Source: Octopus vulgaris (Eukaryota). From it: DNA of 64,000 nt. The notes below the pieces were generated by a model, which worked only from the letters and a program-made list of their open reading frames with translations, had not been told where the DNA came from and did not search any database. The position numbers and the translations under genes are program-made. Location: NCBI GenBank assembly GCA_951406725.2, contig OX597836.1, forward strand, positions 23,498,001-23,562,000, in the 5' to 3' direction. This document shows positions 14,903 to 27,991 of the stretch, piece by piece (positions within the stretch are counted from its first letter, which is position 1; the number at the start of each line of letters is the position of its first letter).

Positions 14903-17400
14903 TTGTGTGTCTGTGTTTGTCCGCCTAGCATTGCTTGACAACCAATGCTGGTGTATTTATGTCCCCATTACTTAGCGGTTCGGCAAAAGAGACCGATAGA
15001 ATAAGTACTGGGCTTACAAAATGAATAAGTCCCGGGGTCGAGTTGCTCGATTAAAGGTGGTGCTCCAGCATGGCCACAGTCAAATGACTGAAACAAGTAA
15101 AAGAGTAAAGAGAGTATGTGGTTTCTTCTGTTTTCCCTCTTCCCTGTAACTTATACATCTGCTTTATGTTACTCTTGTGTGCTGAATACACTTGACTTTT
15201 AATTGACTCTAGTATAGATGAATAACGTATGATGTTTCAAGTCATTGTAGGGTGATGAGCTGGTAGAACCATTAGCTTGCCAAGCAAATTGCATAGCAGC
15301 ATTTTGTCCATCCTTATGTCCTGAATTCCGCTGAGGTTGACTTTGTCTTTCATCCTTCTGGGGTCAATAAAATCAGTTGGCAAGCTGGCTGAATTATTTG
15401 AACATTAGACAAAATGCTTTATGTTCTGAGTTCGAATGCTGCTGTGATTGACTTTGCTTTTCATCCTTTCTGGGTCATTAAAATAAGTACCAGTTGAACA
15501 CTGGGGTAATTGACTAGCCCCCCCTCCTCCCACCTAAAATTGCTGGTCTTCTACCAATGTTTGAAACTATTACTAGTGGTGGTGTTAGTAGTCATGTAGC
15601 ATGAATTTCATTAAGGATGGTACAATGGAATAACAGTATACGATATAATGTCATTGATGATGGAATAACAACCATCATCTACTTTTCCTAGAAACTTCTC
15701 ATGATCATAAAGTGCTTTTCTTATTGTTTTAATTAATTAACGAATTGCTTATTGTTATCTCTCATTCACTCTCTCTCTCTCTCTCTCTCACAGAAAAATC
15801 TGTCAATTGTACATTTGATGACAAGTTTTTATGTGGCTACAACATGACAGACCAATGGCTCTGGAGTGGTTCCCGTATGGACGACAGCACAGTCAACTTC
15901 AAACACAGCAGAGAATTCCCTCAATTTGATCACACCCACGGCGGACCTCCAGGTCAGTCTTCTAATTTCTTGGTCTATGACAAACAGAAAACCCTTTTCT
16001 CTCTTTCTCCATTTATTTCTCACAGCAAAACATTGCAGGTGTTTTGATTTTTCAAACAAAACTATCAAAGCCATTTGAAACTCTGAAGGGGCCTAATAAG
16101 TATGAAATATGTGTGAAGTTGTCGTTATATCTAACAAAGATCCAACTCACACTTTATTAAACTGTCAAGTTTTGATGCACTCTCTTATCATTAGCACTAA
16201 TGAATTTCCTTCTCATTAGGCAATTACACACCTACACGTTTACACTACATCTCCATACTTATTGCTGCGATATTCACTAACTGGTATAATCATCACATCA
16301 CAACGACTAACCTGCTTCTGTATTGTACTGATGATAGTATCACATAGTTTCTTTTAAATGTGTGGCAACAAGAAACATGAATCTGTCTATAGAAAATATA
16401 TACATCATGTAGATAACTTACCCTACTTTTATATATATGCTATATATATATATATATTTAGTTAATCCAAACATGAAAACACAAAGAGAAAACACAACAA
16501 CGCAGGAAGGGAAGAAGGAGGGTTTAATGTTTCGAGCGGAGCTCTTCGTCAGAAACATAGGAAAAGGAAAGATCCAGAGAAGGGAAGATGGAGGAAAAAA
16601 AATTGCCAATGGTACACACGCGGTCACATTTTGAATCCTTAAGAAAATTCGTCGCAGTGGCGCGTGAGAGGCGTGAAGTGGAGTCCCCTACTGAGGAGAG
16701 AGTGCTCGGCAGCAGAGACGGGGAGATTGGAGGGTATAGTGACAATTTAGACATTATATATCTTTGTTATATATATATCACTGTCTAGTTTTATGTTTTT
16801 TTTTGCCTTATTTACTATCATTCCAAAAATATTGAACAATTCAATCTGATGTTTATTTGGAGTTTATCCTTCTTATAGCTTAATGACAGTGAAAAACCTT
16901 ATCATGCCACAGTATAAATTTGTAGAATCAGGTATCTAGTTTATGTTTTAAAAAATATATATATAATATCATTGTCATCATCATCATCATCATTATTAAT
17001 ATTAAGCTGACAAAATCAGGTTCTAAGTTCAAGTGTCACTGAGGTCGGCTTTGCCGTTCATCCTTTCAGAGTTGATAAATTAAGTACCAGTTACACACTG
17101 GGGTCGATGTAATCAACTCATCCCCTCCCATCAAAATTGTACCTACAGTAGAAAGGATCATTATTATTATTATTAAGGCTGGGAGCTGGTGGAATTGTTA
17201 GTGTACTGAATCAAATGCTTTGTGGCAATTTGTCCATCTTTACATTCTGAGTTCAGATGCCACTGGGGTCTACTTTGCCTTTCCTACTTTGGGGGTTGAT
17301 GAAATAAGTATCAATCAAGTAGTGGGGTCGATGTAATTGACTAGTCTCTTCCCCCAAAATTTCAAACCTTGTACCTATTGTAGAAAAGATGATGATGGTG

Positions 17401-17451
<51 letters not shown>

Positions 17452-20400
17452 TTATTATTATATTTTCTTCTCTAGGTCGTTATATCTGTGGTCATTCAAA
17501 ATATTCAGTTATGGAAACACCTGTCTTTGAGGCTAATAAGGCAATGTGCTTACGGTTTTTTTATCAACTCTGGGGAAAAGGTACTTCTGAACTGCAAGTT
17601 TTGTTGGTCAATGAAATTACACTGAACATCACAGAGTTGTTAACACTGACTGAAAACTCTCACCAGGACTCTTGGCAAATGGCAAGTCACACTTTCAAAG
17701 TTGTTGGAAACTTCAGTCTGAAATTTGTTCTCAGAAGCTCTGACATGAATGGTATGGCCATTGATGATGTTTTAGTATCTCCTGATGCATGTTCAGACAC
17801 AAGTAAGTGGTTCTTAATATTGAATATTTTCTCTTTTTTCCTCTGATATTTTAGAACAGAAGGACACTTTGCAGATAATTTGTTGATTTGTATTGCTTTT
17901 TAAAGTTTCTCCAGTTTTGTGTTAAATTGTTATTTAATTGGATTTCCTTTTTAATCACCATCAGAATAGCTAACATTTTTCCTTAATTATTTACCATTAA
18001 TAATGTGTCTACGCACCATAATTTCTGTTTTCTTTCTTGTAAATGGGACAGAAATAGTCAAGTGGATGTTAGCCTATTTAATTTATGACTACAAAAGGTC
18101 TGATCAAAAAGTATAAAAAAAAACTATGACACATATCAATTCAGCATCTCATCTGTAAGTCCCCCTCTGAAGCCACACAACTATATTCAGCATCATCATT
18201 TCCATTGATGCAAACATTCCTGGAATTCCTCTTTTGGGAGAGTGAACAGATGCCTTGTCACATTCTCTTGGATTTCCTTCACATTTTGAAAATCTTGTTC
18301 CTTTCAAGAAGGACGTGATTTTCAGAAAGATTCTTGGCTGTAATAACCTTCAACCTGTGTCTCTTTCCATGCATGCACTTTTACACACACACACACACAC
18401 ATTTGTGCATATTTTCTCTGCCAAGATCACTGATGGAACCTCTGTGGTGTGGTGAGACAATCACACCCTACACACTTTACTTCCAAGCACTGCTATAAAC
18501 AGTGGAAGCAAATGAGAACATTATGTCTTAGCACACACCACAGAGCTGAAGGTCAATCTGTGCCAAGTGGTTTCACTCTGTTGCCATAGTAACATTCCCT
18601 CATACTTTTCAGTCAGATTTTGTACTTGAATTCCATTTCGAAACTGATAAAAAGTTACCAATTGATATCCCATGTTTTTATTGTCTCTCACACACTTTTT
18701 TCACTGTGATTTTCTCTTTCTGTAGGTTGTCTCCAGAATGAGATCTCTTGCTATCAAGAGAAAGATGACAATGCTCTGTGTCTACGAAATGAAACCAAAT
18801 GTAATATCCTGAATCATTGCAGAAAAACATCAAGTGATGAAATCAATTGTACAGGTAAAAGAAAAAAAAAATCTGAATTTATTTGTGTTTGTAGGGATAT
18901 ACACATTTCTCTTAAAGCTGTCTGATGTCAAGGTAAATACATCTTAGTGTGCATGTAAACAAAACACACTTGTCATATAATTCATTAATACATACACATA
19001 TAAAAATACTTTAGTCCTTCAATACTCTGACATAAGTACCTACAAACACAATCTTTATTTGACTAAATATCCAACTTCTCTGTATTACCCTGTTCATAGA
19101 TAAAACATTCTGTTCAAGCTAATACAACTAGTTTGTAACAAACCCAGGTGCAAAAAAAATACCCAACATCACAGTTAATTGATCAGAGGATCCACTTGCT
19201 TCTTCCTGAATTATGAATTAAACAAGATAATATTTATTCATCTTACAGACTAGATAGTCAATTATTCGATCTTTCATGATCAGAGGCTTCCATCAATGAA
19301 TGATTAATCCAAAAAAATTTAGGTGTAGGAGAATTGTGTGACATTCATAGTTTTTCCTTTGTGAAAGTTCTATTGTCAGAAACCAAACATGGAACCTAGA
19401 AATCCTACACTGACTGCTTTCTCTTTCTGCTGCTGTCTGAAATTCATGCATCAATGCTTATAATTTTCATAAACTGACTTATAACATGCAGCCAACCAGC
19501 AGCAGAACCCTTCTTTGCCCTGGTTTATTTAATGCCTAATCCCCATATTTTGGACAAATTGTCTTAAAAAGATGTTGACAATATTCAGTTATTTTTTATC
19601 TTCTATTTGTTTCAGTCATTAGACCGTGGCCATGCTGGGGCACCATTTTGAATTTTAGTCAAGCAAATCCACCTCAGTAATTACCGATAGCAGTAGTCAA
19701 CTGGTAGTGGGGAATAAAAGCACACTCACACATATATACAACAGGCTTCTTTCAGTTTCTGTGTTCCAAATCCACTGACATGGTTTTGGTTGGCCTGAGG
19801 CTATAGTAGAGACACTTGCTCAAGGTGCCACCCAGTAGAACTGAATCTAAAACCATGTGGTTGGGCAGTAAACTTCTTACCTCACAGCTTCACCTGCAAC
19901 TGCGAGTGTCGAGTTACTCAGGATTGTTGCATGCAAGTAATTTAGAAGATGGCTCAAGTTGAACCTCAAAAAAATAAACACATACATACAGCCCTAAAAC
20001 ATCACTTAATCTACAATCTTCTCCTTGAAATTATCTGACTTATATACAAAATGTCACTTACATCGATGTGAAACTGTGACCTACAACTTAGAAAATATTT
20101 ACACTTATCTTCTGTGTATTAAGATATTTCCACTTTACATGTTCAACAGTGTTTTGTTACTGTTGTTGTTTTGAACAGACCAATGACCAAAAGTATTTTA
20201 GCCATGACCATCCAGTCAATTTTTCAGGGCAAGTGTAAAATGAATTACCTAATTCATTGTGTCCATTTTCTTAAAGGTGGTTTTGTGTAGTTGGAGGGAG
20301 ATGTGTATACCATTTCTAGCAGGTCAAGTAACTGAAGGCTCCTTCAGTCAATATTAATGGGTGGCAATCAACCTATTGATCTTTTCCCAATAATTCACTA

Positions 20401-23400
20401 AACTAAGGTAATGTAGAATAAATTATTTTGCTTAGAAGTGTAAGGAAACACCTGCTCTGGATTTGAATTCAAGTCTCATAAATAGAATGTCCAGTATCCC
20501 TCTCTGTCCCTGCAGCCATTTGACTCTCCACCACATCCTTTTATCAGTCTATAATTCTAAGTTAAATGGTTTTTCAAGAATATTTTATATGTTGTTTTGA
20601 TTTAATTTGTTTACTTTTTTTTTTTGTTTCTTACCTTCATTAGATTCCTCCTATCATTGCAACTTTAGCGATGGAGTGTTGTGTGGAATTGCGGAATCAC
20701 CAGAGGCAGACTACAGCTGGATCTTTGTACCTGCCAGTTTTATCGAGACACTTGATCATACATCAAAAGCAAGCTCAGGTAAGTGAAAGGGCTATATTTT
20801 GCACCTATTTCTTAAATGACAACACAGGTGTTGGATTGGTTTTAAAATGGGAGAATTTCCATGTGGTTCCAATAAAAAGCCAAACAAAAGTTTTACAAAC
20901 TCCATTTACCTTTCCTACTTAATAGTAATTGTAAGTTTTTACCTGTTAACTATGAAGCTAAATGGAGACAGAAAAGTAAAGAGCATTTCTTGTTTTTATT
21001 TAACTTGCTTTAGAATGCCTTTGAGAAAGTTTTGAATAAGGAAAAGCAGAGGTCACTAGTTTAATATCTTAACCTCTATTTAGGGCTGTGTAAATAGAGT
21101 TATAACCCCTGGGCAATGCACTGGAATCACAGCAAATTTAGATAAGCATTGGTATCCTAGTGTGACAATGTGTTAAGATGACACAGCCTCTCATTCGCTA
21201 TATGAAGAGAGAAATGTTAATGAGGTGTGTTAATTGCATGTAATTGTTAAGTAGAGGATCAGACTAGTTTTCTTTACTGTGTCTGAGTTCAAGACCTATA
21301 GAGAAGGACTTTGTCTTCTATTTTTTTTTAGTCATTAAAATAAGTATTGGGTAATATACAGGGGTTAATTCAATCAAATTTATTCTTCTCCTTTGAAAAT
21401 ATACCTTGTACTTTGCTGCCACAAATCCCTATCATGTGTGTGTGTGTGCATGTATATATACTTAGAAGGTTGTTTGTTACCGTGCTTTATAGTGCTTTAT
21501 AAATGCCAAACCAATGATCACTCTCTGACTGACCATAAACAGATCTACCTCTGGCCAACATATCTGAATAGTCACCTGCATAGTTAAGCACTTTACAGGT
21601 GTAAAACCAATGGTCATTCTCTAAATAGTGAAAGTGAAAGGATGCCATCAATAAATGATGAATTACAATCTCAATTCTTATAAAAATCCTGGTCAGCTTT
21701 AGTACAACCAAATGATACGCTTTCTTGCATTGTAGTGTAGAAAGTTATATAAATATTCTGTTTTGCCTCCAACACCCAAAATTATTGTCATCAGAATAGT
21801 CTGAATGTCCAGTCAGCCGTGTCAATTCATCATCGTCCAAACAGCAAACCCAGTCATCTCTTTCTGATAGTTATAACATTGTCATTCACTTTGTTTTCTA
21901 TTTGCCCTTACTCAAGCTGTGTTGAACCAATTGATAACAAACTGACATTTTTGTCTTCTTTTGTAGGTATGTTGGCTTATGCCCCAACACATTATGAAAC
22001 CTTAGAACCATGGACACAAAGGATGGTATTAAATCTGAGACAAGACAACATACCTCACTGTCTTAATTTTTATCTCAAGTATGAATCAACTGCAAATATG
22101 CAGGTAAATAAAGGACTTGCCCTGTCTTTGACTCTAATTTATGTATGAAACAATTCTAAACATTTATATTTCTTTGTTTTAATATAACCACTTCACTGTT
22201 CAGAGCAGAACTAGCTTGATTTTAAAACAGCTGTGACTCTACACTAGAAGCATTCAAGGCCTTTGTGACACACTTTTCTAAGGAAATGAAATTTTCTCTT
22301 GTGTTGTTTACAATGACAAAAGGATGTTTAATGATTCACTTCAACCTCCTCATTATGGTTACCTTTCTGATGGTTTGTTCATGAACGAATGTTAATTACT
22401 TGTAGGTACACCATATTTCGTTATACGACCAAGTCTTGTCGTATGTGCTTAGGAATTGATAAATCATCATCTTCATCATCTTCACCATCTTCATCTTTCT
22501 CCCCATTTTTATATCAAAGATTTCCAATGCCAACTTATTGATCCCTAAAAGCTGCACACATCTAACCCTCATGTTTACACTTTTTGATAGGTAAGTGTCA
22601 GGAATCAATCAGAAAAATTAATTCTGTGGACCTACAACAAAACATCGATTGTTAAGTGGTCAAAAATACAACTGACATTACCATCTGTTGGTCAAGAAAC
22701 AGAGCTTTATTTTGATGTGATCGGCAAGGTACTAGACTCCTCAACAAAGCGCCGAGTTATGGTTGATGATATCAGTATTGAAAGAGGTACCTGCAAAAAT
22801 CTTAGTAAGTATTTCTTCCTCTTAAAAGTATTCCTTCTCTCAATTGAGCATATAAAATGTATTTTCTATTTTGAAAAGCTTTTGAACCAAAAAAACAGTG
22901 GCTGATCCAGTGCTAAGCCAGCTCAGTATTAACCAGCAAAGACATTTGGGTGGTGAGAGGACATGTTAGATAATGTAGTCCTAGATATATTGTGCTTGAA
23001 AAAAAAAAAAAAAAAGATGGTATGGTCACTGCCAGAATAGCTTTGATGAGAAGTTTTCTGTAGTGGCACTGATTTGTTGTTAAACATGAAAAATGACCTC
23101 AGTTTGTACTGCAGTGGCAGCAGCAGCAGTAGTAGCAGCAGCAGCAGTGGCAGCAGCAGTGGCAGCAGCAGCAGCAGAAGCACCAGCAGCAGAAGCACCA
23201 GCAGCAGCATATTCCATAATAATCAAATAAAATATCTCATAGTGAAAAATAATGTTGGTGCACATCACAAGTATTCATGAGTTTTAAGAACTTGTTGCTC
23301 TCAATATATCACTTTGGGTCTTCCCTCCAGCTAATCAAAGTCTTGTTACTTATGCTTAATTCTGCCTTTGCCATTTTGATAAATAACTTCCAATCAGAGG

Positions 23401-26400
23401 TAATGATAATTTTGTTAGTAAGACAGTGATACAGTGTAAATTAGAGAGATCCACCTAACTGTCTTTCCCTCAAATTCATATTCATATAGTGTTATAAATT
23501 AAGATACATCCAAATTAGAAACGACTGCATTAAATTTTTCAACCTAAAAGTAACATATCCCCAATAGTTTCAATGTTCTATCCTCAGGTGTTGTTTGCTC
23601 ACCAATTCTGCAAAGATTTTGATAACTTTGTTCAACCATGTTCTAAACATGCTGAAGTAATTCTAATGTTTTGGAATATATACTTGGGTATATATATTGG
23701 AGAAGTTCTTAAGCAGATCAGGCCGAAAATGTCGCTAGAAGCTAGGATCACCAAGCATAGATTGGCATATTTTGGTCATATTATGCGGAGAAAATCCCTG
23801 GAGAAGGACATCATGCTCGGAATGGTCAGTGGCAAGAGAGGAAGAGGCCGACCAAGAACCTGCCGACTGGACACCATCAAGAGTGATACCGGAATAGACA
23901 TAGCCAATCTGAAAGAAGTGGCCCAGGATAGAACTGACTGGAGGGCACTGATCCATTGAGTAAATGAGAGTCGACTTTGACTGAGCGGATAGATAGATAT
24001 ATCTAATCCAATCGAACAATAGGCTCATAGTTTTAATCACTCACATTTTATTCTAAAACAATCATTCTATGGATAATAAACAGATTCTAATACATGAAGC
24101 AATATTCTTATTATCCAAATCCGAATTCTTACACAATATGCGCATTCCTCGGATAATAAATCCAGCATGTTGTAGTGGGAGCACTGTTAAAAGTTTTAAC
24201 ACATCACAGTGCAGGAGATATTGAAGGCTCTTTTTTTAAGTACTAATTTTAAAAGTATATATGAGAAACTAATTAACAACATACTCCAGTGTATACTTAA
24301 ATCCCTTCAAGGTAATGTTTTCTGCTAATCTATTTAGGATCAAGAAAAGAAACACCAGTGAAAGGCTGAAAGGTTTAATTAGGATTTTTATTTGTGGTGG
24401 ATGTTTGACCCATGCCAGGCTACCAAGAATTATTGAGTTATACCAATGACAAAAACAAACACAAATATATTCAACATCATCTCTCATACAACGAAGAATC
24501 TTCATCGTTTCATTTATTTTTTTTCAGCTTGTGAACCAGATTGGTTGCCTTGTAAATCTGGAGATATGTGCTACCATTCATCTAAGCAGTGTGACCGTGT
24601 TATTGATTGCCTTGATTCCAGTGATGAGAAAAAATGCAGTAAGTTTTTGCCATTTAGATACATCTAGAAAAACGCATGTTTGTGTTTGTATCTAACCAAG
24701 TGTATTCAATTTAATTTTGTTGCAGCAAGACAACATCGTTTGTTTCAGATCAAATGTTTTATATTTTGGAGGTCATCATCATCATCACTTTTACATCCAC
24801 TTGTTCTGCTCTGATTTTGTTGGATGAACCTTCTTGATGTAGTATTCTGCAGCCAGATGTTATTCCTGATATCAATCACTAATTGCTTTTGAGGAGATAC
24901 TTTATTCCATGCATAGGACTGCTGGGTGGCAGTGTAAACAAGTATTGTCATAAATAGTGGCAATACTACAATAATTGGCAATGAGTAACTACGTTACAAC
25001 AGAACCTAAGGTTCACGCTAGCTTTGCACTCTTTGTACATAAACTGCTTCCCTTATTCGTCCTTAAATCATAAACAGGTGTAATTAGGACATCTGAATGA
25101 AGTCCATTGAATGAATCATTGTGTTTATCTGACACATGTTGGCAAAATCTAGAAATAAGTTTTAGCAATGTGTAAGTACAAGGTCGTGGATAGAAACTAC
25201 TGTGTTGAAACTGTTTGGTCAATCTTGATATTATAATATTAGGTTGTCCCAAAAGTTCGTAAACACTTGCGAAAATTGAATTTTTACTCGCCAAGTACTA
25301 ACAAAAACAACAAAAATTATTCCTCAAAATAAAGACCATTATTTTCCAAGACTTTCTACGAACTTTTGGGACAACCTTATATAAACATACACACAGACAC
25401 TGGAATGAATTTCTCTTATCTTCTTCTTCAAGAATCCTTGATTAATCAATTCTCTCTTTATCATTAGAATGCAGAACAGATGAATTCCAATGTGACTCTA
25501 ATATCTGCATAAGTTACTCAAAGACTTGCAATGGAGAAAATGACTGCACTGATGGTAGTGATGAAGTTCGGCATTGTGGTAATTTAAAAAATTTTCCTCT
25601 CATCTCACAACTAAGAATTATATCGTTTTAATGCGTCTCCTCTTTTACAGTTATTTCCCCCATCTTTTCTTGTGTATTGTTCCTTTTAAATCTTGTAATC
25701 CTTTTATATGCTGATAGCCACTTAGCAATACATGTGCTCAGCCAGATTAAGTCATTCTTAAGAACAATGGTTTCAATAAAGTTTCAATTCATGGTTATCT
25801 TGTAGATTGTCATGAAAATTATGCCTCATATAATTTGAAATTATTTTATTCTTTCTTCCCTCTCTTGCAATTGTGTATTCTTTACACGGTCGTACTTATA
25901 AATCTGTTTTGTTTCTACTTTCCCAGATATTTACAAAAATGTAAACTGCTCTTTTGAAAAGGAGTTCAAATGCGGTTATAAGAGTAATGGCACAAAATTC
26001 ACATGGATTCGAGGATCGGGTACAACACCTTCTGCTAATACAGGGCCATCAAATGACCCCTTTAACAAGACTGGTATGTATCTCATCACAATGGCATATA
26101 ACTATATACATACATATATGTATACGCACATGCACACACACACACACACACACATCAAAATTACAGTCCATACATATTCTGTATGAACATAAAAATACAA
26201 GATTTTAGACATAAAAGTGACTGAAGTGTAGCATCCATTTGAGTTCTGACTTGAACTGTAACAAAGATGTTTTATCATTCTTCTGCTTGCATATTGATAG
26301 GAGTTCAAAATTCATATTCAAAATCGAATCCTTAGCAAAAAAGATCTTCATTGCTTCCATCACTGCATTTTATTACGTAAATTATGCTACCATACCAAAT

Positions 26401-26589
26401 GTGTCTCTCATTCAGGCTCCAAATTACAAATATATACATACATACACACACAAGCAAACAAACATGCATTTATGTGTGTGTGTGTGTGTATGTATGCTTA
26501 TATGTATTTATGTATATTTATTTATAAATGTAATGCAAGTATATGTATGTATGTGTGTGTGTGTGTGTGTATGTATGTTTACATACATG

Positions 26590-26620
<31 letters not shown>

Positions 26621-27456
26621 TTACATACATGTGTGTGTTCCTTGAGTAAGAATCTTATCTTGACATTTTATACTTGTGTGGAGATTAACTTATGCATTAA
26701 ATAGAGTAAATTTATTGATCGTTTCCTATTTATTGATTATTGTGATTGACTTCAAGAATATTAAGAAAGGAGTTGTTATAAGCATCCTACCCAAACAATT
26801 GTATTAGATTAATGTGATCCTTAAAACTGCAAATCAAAACACAAGTACTCATTCAGTCAACTAGAAGTTTATCATCTGCTGTTGTGTCTCCTATAATTCT
26901 AGAATTGAGGATATTATCAGTATTTTTGTTTCCATTTTAGAATCATACATGTATACTGAGGGATCGAAAGGAGAAGAAGGTGACATTGCAGCATTCACTT
27001 CACCCAATTTCACGGCCAGCACCGTCACAAGCCTGACCTTTTATTACAGCATGTATGGTGAACAGATGGGCACATTGCAGCTGATGGTCAATCAGTTAGA
27101 CATTGCACAGGACACTATACTCTGGCAGAAAACAGGAGACCAAGGAAAGTCGTGGCATTATGAATGTGTTAATCTCCCAACCAGCAAAAACATGAGAATA
27201 TCATTCCTTGCAATCCGAAGTGGACATTATACAAATGATATGGCCATTGATCATATATATCTACAGTATTCCAAATGCCCCACGAGGTAATTGAGTCATT
27301 TTTATTTGATTGTGTCTTTCTTTCATTTTATTTCTAATATATTTGGGGGTGGGCGGGTTGCAGGGAGAAGTTGCTGAATTTTATTAATTATTGTTCAGTT
27401 TATAAAATAAATAGACAAATAAAAGTTAGTTACTCATCTTAGTTCTTATTGTTGTT

Positions 27457-27512
<56 letters not shown>

Positions 27513-27815
27513 TCGCCATACTAATATGGCATTCTTATAAAAATAAGAATAAAGCTGTCCGCTTATTAGCTCCATGAGGCCATCGCCTTAAGTTAGCTAT
27601 TTGATACACAAACTGTATCCATATAACCTTCGAACAAGGGAGGTCAGTCGCTCCACACTACTTGACCGGCAAATAGCTAACTTAAGGCGATGGCCTCATG
27701 GAGCTAATAAGCGGACAGCTTTATTCTTATTTTTATAAGAATGCCATATTAGTATGGCGATAACTATTATTTTCCGGGAACGCTGCCGTGTTCTCTTTTA
27801 GAGAGACTTAATAAT

Positions 27816-27852
<37 letters not shown>

Positions 27853-27949
27853 CACACACACACACATGCACACAACAATATCAGTTCTAACACATGATTT
27901 CATATCAGGAATCTTGCATCTTGCAACACAAATTGATAACTGTCTATAT

Positions 27950-27991
<42 letters not shown>

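Noticed and set aside
23108-23210. Poly-Ser/Ala/Leu ORFs
   Set aside because: Intronic (CAG)n-type trinucleotide repeat without splice support.
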